Assembly (NCBI RefSeq): GCF_964355755.1 | Contig: NC_092670.1 | Location: 4,578,201 to 4,642,200 of the forward strand | Direction: 5' to 3' | Origin: Antedon mediterranea | Lineage: Eukaryota > Animalia > Echinodermata | Length of the DNA: 64,000 nucleotides | In this document: piece by piece, positions 49,901 through 64,000 of the stretch | Layout of the letters: each line of letters starts with the position of its first letter | Numbering within the stretch: position 1 is the first letter of the stretch | Position numbers and translations under genes: made by a program | The notes under the pieces: generated by a model | The model's input: the letters and a program-made list of their open reading frames with translations, nothing else | What the model was told of the DNA's origin: nothing | The model's database searches: none

Positions 49901-52900
49901 TCAAACCTGTCAAGAGATAAATGGAAATTCATTTCTAAATGCTGAGGAAATCAGGAGAATGACAAAAAGCTGGCCCAAACCAAGACTATTTTATTTATTA
50001 TGTATACTTTTCTCATAATAGTAATTTAAATATTTCTTTTTAGAAAACAATATATTTTCAAAGCTATAAATCTATAATGTAAAAATGTTACCAAAAACGT
50101 TAAACATGCCAAGTCATGAACCAAACTACAAATTGCCCTAATACAACGTACCTGAAATTAACCCCTTCCTCCTGTACGTCTGTCGAGGGTGAGCTAGGGT
50201 TACTCAAAAGCTGAAACTGCCCTTGTTGTAGTTTATCATTATCCTTCATAGGCATTGTATTCCTTTGAGAGTCCATGTAAGACTCTTTTTGTAAATTGTT
50301 TGTAATTTGAACAGCTGTGAGGTTTGCATTTGGGTACGGCTTTGTTTGCCTGTTGTTGTTTGGAACTACGTTCGCTTTCGGTCGAATCATACATGGCGCA
50401 TCTTCTAGGCCTTTCAAACGGGCAGCGTTTAATTCTTCTATACCTATAAGAACAGTCAATTCAAGATAAAATTTAAAAATTACATTATTTTAAAGGATAC
50501 ACTACTGGTATATTACCATTTAAATAAAGAAGTTTTACAATTAGTTAAATAATCACTGAACAAAAAAGGAAATTGAGCAAAGAAATAAGAAAATCACTTT
50601 CAAATCTCAACACTAAATTTCATTTCAGTCAATGCACAGACATAGATTTTGCACATTTTTGCTTATTTTAAAGAAATATAGACACATAGGCAAGCAACAC
50701 ATTTATATTTTAAAATTTAGATTTCCAAATCCAGCAACTTTTACAACAATCCGCTTGGAAGTTAATACTATAATACCTCCTTAAAGTATTACATTCCACT
50801 CCTACGCCTGGTTCACACTAGGATGCAGCACAACACAAGTGAGTTAACCAATGATAAGCGACGTGAATAATCCATCGCTTATGATTGGTCAAATTACTTG
50901 CGCTGCGTCCTAGTGGGAACGAAGCATTAAGTACATGATAATCACTTTTCCATTGGTCAGATATTTTGTGCAATTCTGAAGTGATTATTATGATACACAG
51001 TACTCGCAAGTGCGAGGGTTGGTAAAAACAAATACCAAACTCCCCGATGAAAACTAAGTTGTAGTACCAGTTATTATAATAATCATCATTATCATTTCAA
51101 GTTATCCACACATTCACTCAATTATTTAATTGAATTAACCCCTTTCAGTACATTTGGCCTATGCTTCATGATGTATGTACATATGAATGTAATCTAACTC
51201 CAAAACATACAGTACTACTGTACAGACTGACTTTGTTTAAAATTCTGAACATTGTATGTTTTGGAAATGAGTGAAAGTTCACAGCAAAAGGAATGATTAC
51301 TGAATGGACAAAACACATGATAGGCTCTCCTACTCTACTGCGGTCAAAGGTCAAAACACATACACAGACAGTGTGATCAAATAAGTAGTAAAATTGAATA
51401 TAAACTCTTTAAAGAAATCGGTGTACAAATTGGAATAATGATCTAGTTAGATCATAAGTATTCATTTAAAAATATCCTCTGTTGGAATTGAACATGTCTT
51501 AACAATTGAAACAAACATGATTTAAAGCTTGATCCTCAATAGAACACAATGCAAGGAGGTAACACAAGGCAAGCAAATTGACCAATGACCAGTGACAGTT
51601 TAGATAATCAATGGTTTGTGATTGGTCAAATTTCTTGCGTTGTGCTTACGTCCTTAAATTGCATCTTAGAGGCTAGCAAGCTTTACCCTTTACTGCACTA
51701 TATAATCTCAAGATCCACTAAATCAGTTAAATAACAATTTTCAAATTTGTTTGTGTACAATATATATGCTTTGACCTTTAAAATGAGTTCGTCTCTTAAG
51801 TAATCGACTGTCAAACTTTGAGAAGACTAATTACCTAATTTTTAAAATGCATTTTTTACTATTTTGCAAGCTAATATAGCATTTAATGAAGCTATAATTA
51901 TTTTTTGCTACATATGTTTACAATTTCATTATTAATCACGCATTTTTTGCAAATCTTTGTATGTTAGGCTTTTCATGAATGCACCTGTAGTTTTGTAAAC
52001 ACCTTGTAAGAGGAAAAAGAGTAAAAATAATCTGTGTGGGACTGAGTTAAGAATACCAGGTGGGATTGATTCATTTGTGTAATTGAATAGAATTGATCTA
52101 CAGTTGTAACATAACACATGCCTGTGACATGTTTTTGAAATTAGGTTATGCTGTTGACATGTTTAGGGATATTTATGTTATGCATAATGACATGTTTAGA
52201 AGTAATTCTGACATGTGTAATGACATGTTAAGGAGTAATTGTCTTATGCCTGTGACATATTTAAGATCAACAGTCACAAGCAAATGACATGTTTAGGGAT
52301 ATTTATGTTATGCATAATGACATGTTTAGGAGTAATTCTGACATGTCTAATGACATGTTAAGGAGTAATTGTCTTATGTCTGTGACATCTTTAAGGTCAA
52401 CAGTGATATGCAAATGATATGTTTAGTAGTAATTGTATTAATGTCTCTGAAATGGTTGCGAATAATTGTGTCATGTGTTTGGGTATTTGTTAATATGCTT
52501 GATATGTTTAGGCGGAATATGTGACCTACAATCTGTAAATGTATGTACAAATTAAGCATTTAAGAGTGTTATGCCTGCAACATGTTATGAGTAATCATTT
52601 ATTTGAATTTTTATATATTAAATGTATAATAACTATATGTTTAAATAAAAATGTTCATAATTATATGTCCACAGTGAAAGGTCAAATGTGTGCTAGGCAT
52701 AAGTAGGTACAGTAGGTAGGTAGGGCCAACCAACCATCACCAATGAAGCTTATTTCCAAACCCATACTAAAAAAAAAGACTAAAAACCTCTGGTACCCTT
52801 GAATGCAACTATGGGATAATAATCACTATCGCTATAATACAATACAAAATAAGAATATCATGCATGCCTGGCATAAAGAGTATAAAACACAAATCATTTC

Positions 52901-55900
52901 TATGGCAACAAATATTAAATGTAAACATGCAAATGAGGGTTCAAAGTTCAAAAACATAGTATTTTAACTATGCAGAATCTTGGGTTTGTGAATTGTTTGC
53001 ATAACAGCCACTGGAAATAATATTATGGAAGACAAGAGTTAATAATCAACCAGAATAGGAAACAGAAATCCAATATATTATAGACAGCGTATCATCTGTT
53101 AATAAGATATTTAAATTGCACTGCATGAAATATGATGTTAGTGTCACTGCAATGTTATTTTGTTTGCATTATTATATATATTGCTAGTAAAATTAGTCAA
53201 ATTTAATTTGTTTAAATCGATACCGGCATATTGACATAACTTACATTAAAATGCATAGAAAAATATTGTATTTAAATAACTCTGAATAAAAGAAATTGTA
53301 ATATTAAATTTTGGTTAATAATAATTTAGAATTGTTTTAACATTTTTGGTAAAATTTATAGGTTAAATATTAGGTTATTTTTAACTTTATAGTTAAAAAT
53401 ATAATTCAAATCAATTGCAATTATACTATTAGCATAGCTAAATCTCATAGTTGAACATTGATATATAAAGAACAATATTCTTGATTCACATTGCTTGTTT
53501 CAGCACTGTTATTGGTAGTTTACCTCTTTATATATAAACACAATCATTTTTCAAACCTTTTCAAGGAAAAATTATTATTAATATTCAGTGGAAAAAGAAA
53601 TTAAATTTGTCTACTTCATTATAGTATTATTAATATAATATATGTATAATATTGAAAGATTAATATTATATATTATGCCTGTTTATTATAATAAAATATT
53701 TGCATTGTTGATGTTACTAATGATAGGAAGTAGTAACTGGTTGAATAGCATGCAAAGTATTATATAATATGCTGGTTAAAATGAATTAAAAGCACTGATT
53801 AGAAATAATCCACATTCCAAGTTTCTGCATAGCTCATATTCAAGATGGAAAGATAATAGTAAAATAGAATAAAATACACTCAGAATCATTTGCTATTTGT
53901 GGTCATTTCATTGTAAACAATAGTGTAAAACATTACTTCTATGACATGATTTTATGCCATTTTAGGAAATAAATTTTAATATGCAAATCAGAAAAATTTA
54001 ATCTGGACATAAGAATGAATAATGTATAAATCATTAAGGTAAGTCTGAGGACTTAGTTATATTGTTTTATTTAATGCTAATGGTTCTCATCATAACACAA
54101 CACGATAATATAGTCATAATGACATTGAATTGACCAATCACGATTCGGATGATCCATCACATTGTGAATGGTGAAATTGTTGGAGGAACGCTTACGTTCT
54201 TGCATTGCGTCTAAGTGTATTTTTTGCATAATAAAAAGATTATTACATTAGTGTAGGCCCCATTTAATTTTTTTTTAGATAAAATAAAGATATCCAAAAA
54301 TAATTTGTATTATAAAACTGAAATATGTAAAATTATGTACATAAAAAGATTAATGTCATAATTATGAATGAAATATGGCCACATGATTCTAGATGACAAG
54401 GTTAAAATATTTATGCTATTATAAATGTGTGAATTTCAATTCTCTGTATAATTTTGCGGCCATACTTTTTGTTTTATGTATACATCTTAATAATACCTTT
54501 AAATTACTTTCAATGGAGCCTGGGAAGAAAGTCAGCAGCATTTCTATCCAATTGTTTTAATTGTATCTATTGTTTTGGTTGTGAATGAAATTTTTAAATA
54601 ATTTAATTAATCCATTATTGATAATTTAAAATATTTAATACCAATTTTAAAAATGCAGAGGCGAATTGATATTTGATTTAAGATATACTGTTAGTGAACT
54701 TCAATGAAACGACCACAAGAATCGTAAAGCAGAACAGGTTTGAGTGTAGCGACAGACAGAGCGACAGTGAGAATGAGAGAATAGGTGCAAGCATGGCCCA
54801 ACGTACTTAAGAGGCCAACACCCTCAGGTGTTCTTTGTCCATTCATAATGTTGCTATCCACTTTTTTACTTTCCACCTTGACGGAATCCCCTACTACTAT
54901 CGGTTTCGAAGTACGTATTATTATAGATTCTGGGGCGATGGGGGTTTTGGTACCCGTATCCACGTCAATTTCAAAGAGGCGTGGGCTGTTGGAAGATGAG
55001 TCGGGAGGCGGTGGTGGCGTACCGTCTACAACATGAGGTGATGTTGAGATTGGCGATACCGAGGGTGACCCACTTCTGGCTGGTACACTGACAGACACAG
55101 TAGGAGATTTCTTCGCTGGTGTCATGAACGTTGTCGTCATGCCCGTGCTTACTGCAATCCCACCTGCAGCCCGAGGCCTGAAAAAAAAAAACAGACATTT
55201 GTTTAATTCTTACGTCACTTACATAAACCTCCATGTGAAAAGGGCTTTTTAGTAAATTTAGTATTTTACCCCCCACCCCAACCCTGCAATTTAAAGGGTG
55301 AATTAATAATGTGTGTAAACTTACAATGTACTACTTTTTGTTACTACAGTGGCTGAAGTAGGAGAGGTTGAAGCAGCAACACCCGCAGCTCGATCTTTGT
55401 GACGTTTCTGGGCGATAGCTATGGCATTAGCAGCTACACTGGATGCAGCTGCAGCTGTAAATATAACAAAAATAGAATAACCAAAAGAAAAGCAGGAGAT
55501 ACAGTACTGGCCACTGAAAACACTGAATACTGGCCACTGAAAACACTGGATACTGGCCACTGAAAACACTGAATACTGGCCACTGAAAACACTGGATACT
55601 GGCCACTGAAAACACTGGATACTGGCCACTGAAAACACTGGCTATTGGTCACTGAAAACACTGGCTATTGGTCACTGAAAACACTGGCTTCTGGCCACTG
55701 AAAACACTGTCTAATGGTCATTGAAAACACTGGCTATTGGTCACTGAAAACACTGGCTATTGGTCACTGAAAACACTGGATACTGGCCACTAAAACAAAA
55801 TATGCAAAGGAAAGAAAATCCACTGTTTTCCACAACCTGATACAGTTAATGAATCAAAGAGGTTTATAAAGCAACATAAAACAAACCTCGTTTCTGAGCG

Positions 55901-57178
55901 TAAGATGGTCGCCTTGAAAACCTCTGGCTAGGTCTTCGTTCAAATGTGGATGAACGTCTTAGCTTGTTAGCTTTAGCTGACTGGAATTCTGTCCTACCAC
56001 TGAAGAGAAAAACAAAATGTATTACAAATCGATGAACAGAATATCAGTACATTTAGGAAATCTGCTTTGTAACCACCTCACCACTTGTGGCTACAGCACT
56101 GAGTAAGGAACTGCTTGGTAATGCTATGCAAACTATTTTTACCTGTAGTTAAATCTTGATCCCATCCTAATAAAGCCTGACTTTTCTGTTCTGTGTCTAG
56201 CGACTCCTTTCAACCGGAAGAAAGAATGGTGCGATACGGCGCACTTCCATAAATGCTTGCACGACTTGGCACTCTGTAGCTTGAACACAAACGTGTGTGA
56301 TTGCTCATTTCCCTGAAGAAAGAAAATTACATTTTATTCTGCAATTTTGAAACAACTTCACACAAGCCTTTCATTCTTAAACACTTTTACCAGCCTTGAA
56401 GTCTCTTTGTATTTATAGCTGTATTTCAAATACGTTTGCTGCGACAACATTTCATTCAATTTTTTTACATTAAACTAGGTATAAACAAAAAAGTACCTTT
56501 TCATCATCTTCCATCACAACCAGGTAGAGTTTCTTTCCTTTGAAATCTAGCCGCTCCACCCGGGGCCAGAAAAATAAACCAATCTTGTTCTTGCCTTCAA
56601 ACACTAGAATACCAGTTGGAGTGAGTCCAAGACCATATTCATTGCTGTCTTTACCCTTTGTGTAATAACAAAAACAAAACATAAATTGGGTTGCAATTGG
56701 ATACCGGATATAAACAGTTTATGCAACTGTCTATATTGTTGCTCTGATCCAATATGGTAAGTTCAATTTCATTTTGTTTTTATTAGGCTTACTGTAGTTT
56801 AAAAAAAAGCAAATCTGTTGTAATTGCAAATTGGAATTTATGTGGTTTATTAAACTAATGCTTACAGTAACATCACCTATTACATAATAGAAAACTTCTT
56901 CTATTTTTAAAAATCAATTTTTAAGTACTGTAGATTCACAAAAAGCACAAACTCAAAAAATTTAAATACATTATGAAAACCATATTTTCTGGATATTTTG
57001 GGATGGTTATCTGGTGTTGAAAAAATCGACTATTTTAAATCAAAACTTAGACTTGAGACCCAGCAGTTACGTAGACGGCAATTAACTTACCATAACATTA
57101 TGCATATCAACACCATACATCTCCAACCACTTGGCTTTGTTTAAGTAATTACGCTCTGCATCAGCTGGTGTCTGACCA
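37984..57178 (-). CDS. EPB41L5: Band 4.1-like protein 5 / Yurt-type FERM-FA protein, 3' partial gene (FERM-C, FA, low-complexity tail, PDZ-binding TTEL)
   Basis: Phase-compatible GT-AG exons: 57091-57178, 56497-56655, 56143-56312, 55887-55999, 55325-55454, 54807-55177, 50152-50443, (43905-43982), 43547-43730, 41789-42121, (39293-39331) and 37984-38184. Peptides [73 protein letters not shown] and [12 protein letters not shown]; C-terminus MTTEL*. Tail exons are less certain; upstream exons were not found in the window. Confidence 0.88.
40601..41226. mobile_element. Kolobok-like MITE
   Basis: TTAA TSD (40597-40600, 41227-41230); TIRs AGCCCCATTCCCTAC / rc AGACCCCTTCCCTGC; interior is GC-richer than the flanks. 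Confidence 0.68.
44468..44830. repeat. Degenerate ~37-bp tandem repeat
   Basis: GGTCAGGAAAGTTAACACTGGGCAAGAGTTAAACACC units. Confidence 0.75.
46190..49638. repeat. 22-bp minisatellite, ~3.4 kb, with a ~1.38-kb higher-order duplication
   Basis: Unit GTATCAAACAGT(C/T)GACACTACA; rare variants recur at offsets 1384 and 1406. Confidence 0.95.
51932..52002 (-). CDS. Candidate alternative terminal exon of the FERM gene (short isoform)
   Basis: Strong polypyrimidine acceptor TTTTTACTCTTTTTCCTCTTACAAG. Phase 1 matches the donor at 54807 and gives [23 protein letters not shown]. Confidence 0.4.
55505..55795. repeat. 23-bp tandem repeat
   Basis: TACTGGCCACTGAAAACACTG(A/G)A, ~12 copies. Confidence 0.9.
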
Positions 57179-57537
57179 CTGAAAGATAAAAAGAAAACAA
57201 GTCCATCAGCAAAATAATGACAGAATGGCGGCATGAGTGAGCAAATAATCAAAAAGAATATCGGAATCGACAAATAATTAAATAAACAATGATCACATAT
57301 TAATTAAAGCACAAAATTCAGTGATTTAATTGAAAACGTGACAGAACAAACAACATTCATCATCACTGCAGTGATATTTGCATATCTACATAATACACAG
57401 CACATCTGCTAACATAGACAATACAACTAATATCAATCTATGGTATGTTTACATTCGTCAAAGATAATGCCCCATACAGAATACAAACATGTATAATGAC
57501 ACAGTGTTGCGGAAAACACGGAATGTGGACTTTTCTT

Positions 57538-57715
57538 GGTGTGTGTTTTAATGCTCGTACGTTGGCAGAAAACATGGAACATGGAAGGTGGACTTTGCAT
57601 GGTGTGTGTTTTAATGCTCGTACGTTGGCAGAAAACATGGAACATGGAAGGTGGACTTTGCATGGTGTGTGTTTTAATGCTCGTACGTTGGCAGAAAACA
57701 TGGAACATGGAAGGT
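57538..57715. repeat. 63-bp tandem repeat x~3
   Basis: GGTGTGTGTTTTAATGCTCGTACGTTGGCAGAAAACATGGAACATGGAAGGTGGACTTTGCAT. Confidence 0.9.
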
Positions 57716-59648
57716 TGCTTTTCATGTTGGGATGGTCATTACTTTAGGTTTCCCATAATGAAAGGCCAAATCATAATTTTATTTATTTTGTATTTCTGTT
57801 TTAATATAGTATTTATCCCCATTTCTGTAAATGTATTACCAGACTGAACTTCTGTCGAAATTGTGGATTGATCTAGTTATCATGAAGTTAACATCAGCAA
57901 TCTATCTTTTAAAATCCAGTTCAATTTACATCTTTAAAAACTATCGAGTTTATTCTTCAAAACTGTAATGGTCAAGGTCCTAAATAAAACAGACCCGAAG
58001 GAATTAAACCCAATTCATAATCTAGATTGTTATTAATACAAAATCTTGATATTTAGTTAAAATGAATCATATCAAACTATTGTTGTTTACTGTGAATGTG
58101 AATGATGATGGATTAGCAAGAGGGCAGATTTATTCGATGATGATATTTAAATTAACAGAGCAAATTAATTTAAATATATAGGTCAGTGATTAAGTTAATT
58201 GTGCAGACAAATTGATTTCAAAGGAAAACATGTTGATAGATCTATAGTTAATACTACTTATCTCTGTGTGCTCTATAGGCAAGATCTTTTGACTTGAATT
58301 TAAATTGTCCTTATTTACAATATGCTATACTTTTAATAAAATTAATACATAAGATTGCAAAGGACATCTTTCAATTATTTGATCATAATATAGTATACAG
58401 TATTATAAATTAAAAAAAAAAATTAAACATTAAAAAACCAAAATACTTGATACTAGTATTACAGTAAACAACCTTTTTACAGGATTTAAAATTGAACACC
58501 ATGATCAAAATTGCATAAAGTTAAAATCAACATCAACCGCACCAACTACCATAAAGGCATGTAGTTTTTGTATGCAAGGGCATACTCTAAATACTATTTT
58601 CATGTTGCTATTCAAACTGTTAATTAATAAATACAGTAGTGAGACAAATGTACAGTATCACTGATGGTAAAACCATTAAAAGTGAAATTTAATGTGTTTT
58701 GTTTGATGTCGGTAAACATTCAACTGTACACTTAAAACATGGGAAGCTATTAAGTACTGTAATATTGTTTGACACATCTGTTGTTAAATGGGTATGGTGG
58801 TGGGAAGTGATGTTATTGTTCACTAGCTCACTGAGCACTGAAGAGTGATAGGCCAGCAATACTTTTACTAGATGTTGTATACTGGGCCAATACACTGCTT
58901 ACAGTAACATCATTTTGTCACGGTATGTCATCTTATTGTCATTATCCCAACATGGCAGGGATTATCACATTTCTAAAGACACATTATATGTCCATTTATG
59001 TTCTACTGTCACATGATGTCATTAGGCACAATATGATGGGCTCTACATGGCTCCAGAAAAGTCAATGTCATTTAGGGACCACCTCAAATGTAATATCATT
59101 TCTTGGAAGATGTTGAAATCTTATCCATCTATGTTAGCCTTGAATTTCTGGTTGGATAAAAAGATGTCAGCAAAGATGTAATGCTAGCATGAACTAATGG
59201 TTAAATGTTTTAAATACTTGAAATCCAAAGAGAAAAACAAGCCCACTCACATAAGGCTATAGAAAAATAATATGTTGTCAGGTACTCTACTATGGGTATC
59301 CAGAAGTTCATCCTCCTTCACTAAACTAATTTATGAATATTATTAACAGCATCATCATCAACCAATCAAAATTAACTGTGAGAAACAAACAAAACCCTTC
59401 AGCAGGTCTCTAGAATTTTGTCCAAGGATGTTTAGGTACAAACAAATTAATTAATAATCAATCAAAATAAAATCAAGACAAATTTAAAACAATCGAAGGT
59501 CGCCATCATCTCCCTTGTGCCTTTATTATGAGAAAAGGTACACTGTACACATTATATTTGCATGCATACAGTTGAATTATGGGCAGTGATCTGCAGGTTG
59601 TGGGGTTTGAGTCACACCAGAAAACAAGTTTGTAATAAGTAACAATTA

Positions 59649-61251
59649 CCGTATATTTCGGTGTATAAGTCGCACCTGTGTATAAGACGCACCCCCAACT
59701 GAGAGTAAAATATCGGTATTTTTTATATCGTCGATGTATAAGACGCACCTTATATTTCATCAAAACAATGTTTTTTTAAATTGTAATCAATATTATTGTA
59801 ATAATATATTTTGTTATATCTACAACGGCGTCCTTTATTTAGGTTTTTTCTTACCTAGGCTCGACCGCGCCCAGCCTCAACAAGTTCTTTCTAACTTGTT
59901 ATTCATGAGTTTCGCCGCAACATCGAGTGCATGACCGTGTGTGTAACACCAAAGAATATAATATCACAAGAATGAGTATTCCGCGATTTTTGCATGAGAA
60001 ATTTGTAACAGAGAGCTCCAGAGAGTGATGCCCGCCCTCATAAGGGCGGATGTATACATACTAAATAAGACTTGATTTAATAGATATTATACATGTCACA
60101 TTAAATAGAATTATGATAATAGTTTTGCAATTGTAAACTATTTTATAATACATATTTATTAACAAACTAGTGTACATTCACTTTTACAGACAATTATTTA
60201 CTAACATGCTAAGTTAGTTCACAAAAAAGGCCTAACACAGCAACACCAAAAATCAACAAATCCACTCAGCACAGCCTATTCTTTACCATTGCCGTGTACT
60301 ACTCTACGCCCGGTAAATTAAGTATTGTTTTTATGATATAAATTAGTATAAAATACATGTTATTAATAGGACAAAATGTTAAATGTCATTAACATTTATT
60401 TGTTTTACCAGAAACAGGTTAAATATAGGAATATTATTAAACTATCCTACGTGAAAACGCGTAAACACCAACACCGGTTGATAAAGCAAACTGTTTATAC
60501 GGCAGTTTTTACTAAATAAATTGCATAAAACGAACAATTAAATATCCAAAAAGTATTTAACATGATGTTGGCATGTAGTTGATAACATTTTTTATCATGA
60601 AAATACTACCGGTGGTCCAGCCTTTGATTAGTGAAACCGTCACAAAAAGTTGTATACATCCCAGATACAGCCACACTTATGGCGGCGCCCTACCACATGG
60701 ACAATATTACTGTTACAGGGAAAATCGCGGATTACTCATTCTTGTGATATATATTCTTTGGTAACACGCACGTGTGTGGGCTAGCCTCGCTCGATCATTT
60801 CGAGAGGGCGCACGTTTTCACGGACAATCGTATTCGATTAGTATCTATGTATCCGAGAAGTGTGTACGCTAGGTCCATGCTATAATCACCTGGAGAATAT
60901 ACTAGTCGAATACCGTACACCATGTGCCACCAAAAGAAGGGCTTGCGCTTGGGGTACGGCGATCGTGCGTATAACTACTGTATAAATAAATACTATTCCA
61001 ATCGTACGACGTACACGTTTACAAATGAAATATTCATCATATTTAGTATAACATCATGCTGAAATGACTTGAAAACTAGGCCTAGCCTACTCAGGCCTAG
61101 CCTACTCAGGCCTAGCAAACGAGGTGACGATAGCCTAGGCCTATGTACAATCTGTGTGGTGAGGCATTTATGTTCGGTGTATAAGACGCACCCTTAATTT
61201 AGAGGTCAAATGTGCGTGTCAAAAGTGCGACTTATACACCGAAATATACGG
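59649..61251. mobile_element. Non-autonomous Tc1/mariner superfamily (Tc2/pogo-like) element
   Basis: Perfect 27-bp TIR CCGTATATTTCGGTGTATAAGTCGCAC, TA TSD on both sides, subterminal TGTATAAGACGCACC repeats, no transposase. Confidence 0.88.
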
Positions 61252-62681
61252 TATTTGTTTTGTTGCCAATTGTCTGTACTGTAGTATAGATAGATGTGTA
61301 GATGAATTGTGTGCCTTGTGCTACAATTGTGTGATGATGTCTATACTACAGTATAACAAATGTTGAAAATGATGTGCGATTATTTAAAAATACATAGCTT
61401 AAGTTTCACAACAAGGCGCTTTATAACTACAGGATATTATTATTAATATATATTATAATCAAAAAAATAAAAATTTTCTTATCATTAAAATATAAAAATA
61501 AATAACTTTATAAAACAATATTAATTATTATTTTATATAATTTATTTATAGAATGGCATTGCAATGGCATGCAAATTGTTTTTGAAATGTTTTCTTTGCA
61601 TGAAAAGTTTTCAGAATACATAACAGGTGTAGCACAGGTTTTCCCACAAAAAAGATATAAATCAGAATTCTCTTGATGGTCATAAAATGCCTCATTCAAT
61701 CTTACATCAGCTAGCTTACACATGTCCAGAATGCAGCTATTTTCATTAATATGACTGGCTGTACCAGAGACTAATGTACTACTGTACCTGCACAAATATG
61801 AGGTGACATATAATGTGAAATAGGATGAGTATAATATTTTAGCAATAGTATCAAATATCACATCAAGAGGTACTGTATGTATACCTGCTGTGCTAGGGGT
61901 TTGTCTTAAACCATGGAGGTATAAAATAAGCTAACCAGATCTTGACTTTGTATTATAGAGGATCAAGTCAAAATTGTTCTACTGCAGTCACTGCAGTAAC
62001 ATGTGATATTTTTGTTTCAATTAGTTCATGAGCAGTCCCATTGTAATTAGTGTGTATGATCAATACAGACTTGCTTTATTTGCATAAAAAGGTTATGATT
62101 TGGTGATGAAATAAGAATAATTTGACATGGTCCTTTTTTCTATAAAAATGCAATGATCTCATGATAAAAATACAGTATTGAAATTTGGAAACATAACAAA
62201 AAATCAAGGCAAGTCATGGGTTGAAAAGGGAAATCCCCACCATTATTACAAATTAATAATAAGGCCAGAAATCAGTGAAAACAAAACATGTCAACTACTA
62301 TTTTCTTAACGCATTTGTCATGATCTGACTTAATTTCTTTAAACAACAAATTGATTATGTTGCAGAACAGAAAGTTTTACATAATAGACAGTTTAGTAAT
62401 TTATAAAAAAGGAAAGGATAAAAAGGAAGAAAACATCAAGTTATTAACAAAGATGTGATTTACAACATCAACACAATACCACTTGCTCTATAGATGTACT
62501 GACACATTTCTTTGTAATCTGAGGCCTTGTCTTAATTGGAACAATAAATCAAAAAAACAATATGTCCTTAAGTAATAAAATAAAATCTTTGGGTATGTTG
62601 AAGAAGATAAAAGATTTTCATACATTTTGTTTTGTTGTCCAGCATAAAAAATGAATGTAGCCCTACTGTACTTTATTGTAA

Positions 62682-62816
62682 AGCTCTGTCTACAGTAATG
62701 TGATAAAAAATGTGATGGACATGATGTCATATCACTATTATTATATGTGCATATCACTACCATATTTGGGTACATCACTTTTTTTTCGCATAAAGTTTGA
62801 TAGTGTAGACAAGGCT
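62682..62816. mobile_element. Short MITE (Harbinger/Tourist-like); related fragment at 43803-43881
   Basis: Ends AGCTCTGTCTACA...TGTAGACAAGGCT; the internal GATGTACCCAAATATGGTAGTGATATG is shared, inverted, with 43829-43855. Confidence 0.5.
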
Positions 62817-63014
62817 TGATGCATTGCTACAAAAGATCAGAAAAAAAATCAACCCACAAGATACCAGAAGGTAAACAATGAGGTCTCCTCCACCTGCTGC
62901 AAGTCAATTTATGAAAGTTAAAATTAGCTATCATGGTACAATCATCAGTTGAAGTCGAACTTTAATTCTTTTTTTGTAGCCCAAACTTTGCAGAAATGGG
63001 GGTTATTAAAATTT

Positions 63015-63455
63015 ATTATTTGGCTTCAACAGAAAAGCGCCCTAAATGACGTAATGAAAACAAATCCACTTTGGAGAACAAAAGCAGTTAATTTACATAC
63101 AACTGGGTAATATCAAGATGCTATTAACAGAAAAAAGGCCCTAAATGAAACAAAAGAAAGAAAAAGAATCCACTTTGGAGAAACTTCGGAGAACAAAAGC
63201 AGATAATTTACATACAACTGGGTACTATCAAGATGCTATATATTAACAGAAAAAGGCCCTAAATGAAAAAAAAATACCAATTTGGAGAAACTTTAGAGAA
63301 CAAAAGCAGATAATTTACATACTGTACAACTTGGTACTATCAGGATGCTATTAACAGAAAAAGGCCCTACAAGAAATTAAAAAAAATATCCACTTTGGAG
63401 AAACTTTGGAGAACAAAAGCAGATAATGTACACATACAACTGGGTAGTATCAAGC
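63015..63455. repeat. Degenerate ~110-125-bp tandem repeat x4
   Basis: Recurring AACAGAAAAGGCCCTAAATG..CCACTTTGGAGAA..CAAAAGCAGATAATTTACATACAACTGGGTA. Confidence 0.75.
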
Positions 63456-64000
63456 AAGGTGCTTTTAATTATAGTACAGTTAATATACCAGTGAATTTCT
63501 ACAAAAGATAACATATTTTCCTGGATGTTTTTAATTATAGTACAGTTATACCAGTGAATTTCTACCAGTGATAACATATTTTCCTGGATGTTTTTAATTA
63601 CAGATAAGTGCCTAAATGAGTGAAATTTTAGTCAACTTCATTGTGTAGCTTCCTGTATGAGCATGTTTATAAGGACAATCACTTATGTTGTTGCTGATCC
63701 TTGAAATCCAATTAAGATTGTACTTTTCAATGTAAACTTTGTACACCCATTCACACTGATCTGTAACATCAACAACTTTGGGTTTTGTAGATAAATTGGT
63801 TCTTGTTTTGCTGTTTGCATTTCTTCTAAGCCATTTAACAAAATAAATAAATTACAGTTAAACAAACATTACTACAAATATAGAAAAGGAGAATTCAAAG
63901 AATTCAACATTTTCAATATAATTTGATCATTTTCAAAAATCTGAAATCTGAAAATGATAAAATAACAATTCTAATCTTCTTTTATTTTATCCAAAACTAT

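Noticed and set aside
57179-64000. Upstream FERM-domain exons or another gene, e.g. open frames near 63683-63865
   Set aside because: No FERM-like peptide or convincing splice-site pair found; treated as a long intron.

Overview
AT-rich eukaryotic (metazoan, probably marine invertebrate) genomic DNA with spliced genes; nothing prokaryotic. Minus strand: the first three coding exons of mitochondrial citrate synthase (runs off the left edge), a complete 8-coding-exon asparagine synthetase (ASNS, ~564 aa) with ATF4/C-EBP amino-acid response elements at its 5' end, and the 3' part of an EPB41L5/Yurt-type FERM-FA gene ending in -TTEL. Between CS and ASNS, on the plus strand, is a young tandem array of intronless RING/B-box/coiled-coil genes with a C-terminal membrane anchor: two intact copies with different stalk lengths, one doubly frameshifted copy, and a scrap of a fourth. 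Each copy has a differently modified upstream region, and two carry a co-duplicated antisense minimal hammerhead ribozyme. The region is dense in mobile DNA that can be delimited by TIR/TSD: a MULE-like element with a 9-bp TSD upstream of CS, an Academ-like element nested in a satellite, Harbinger-, Kolobok- and Tc2-like MITEs, and LINE fragments. It also holds a divergent pair of tRNA-like Pol III units, one with a long structured tail, and many minisatellites. All calls are by eye; no searches were run.
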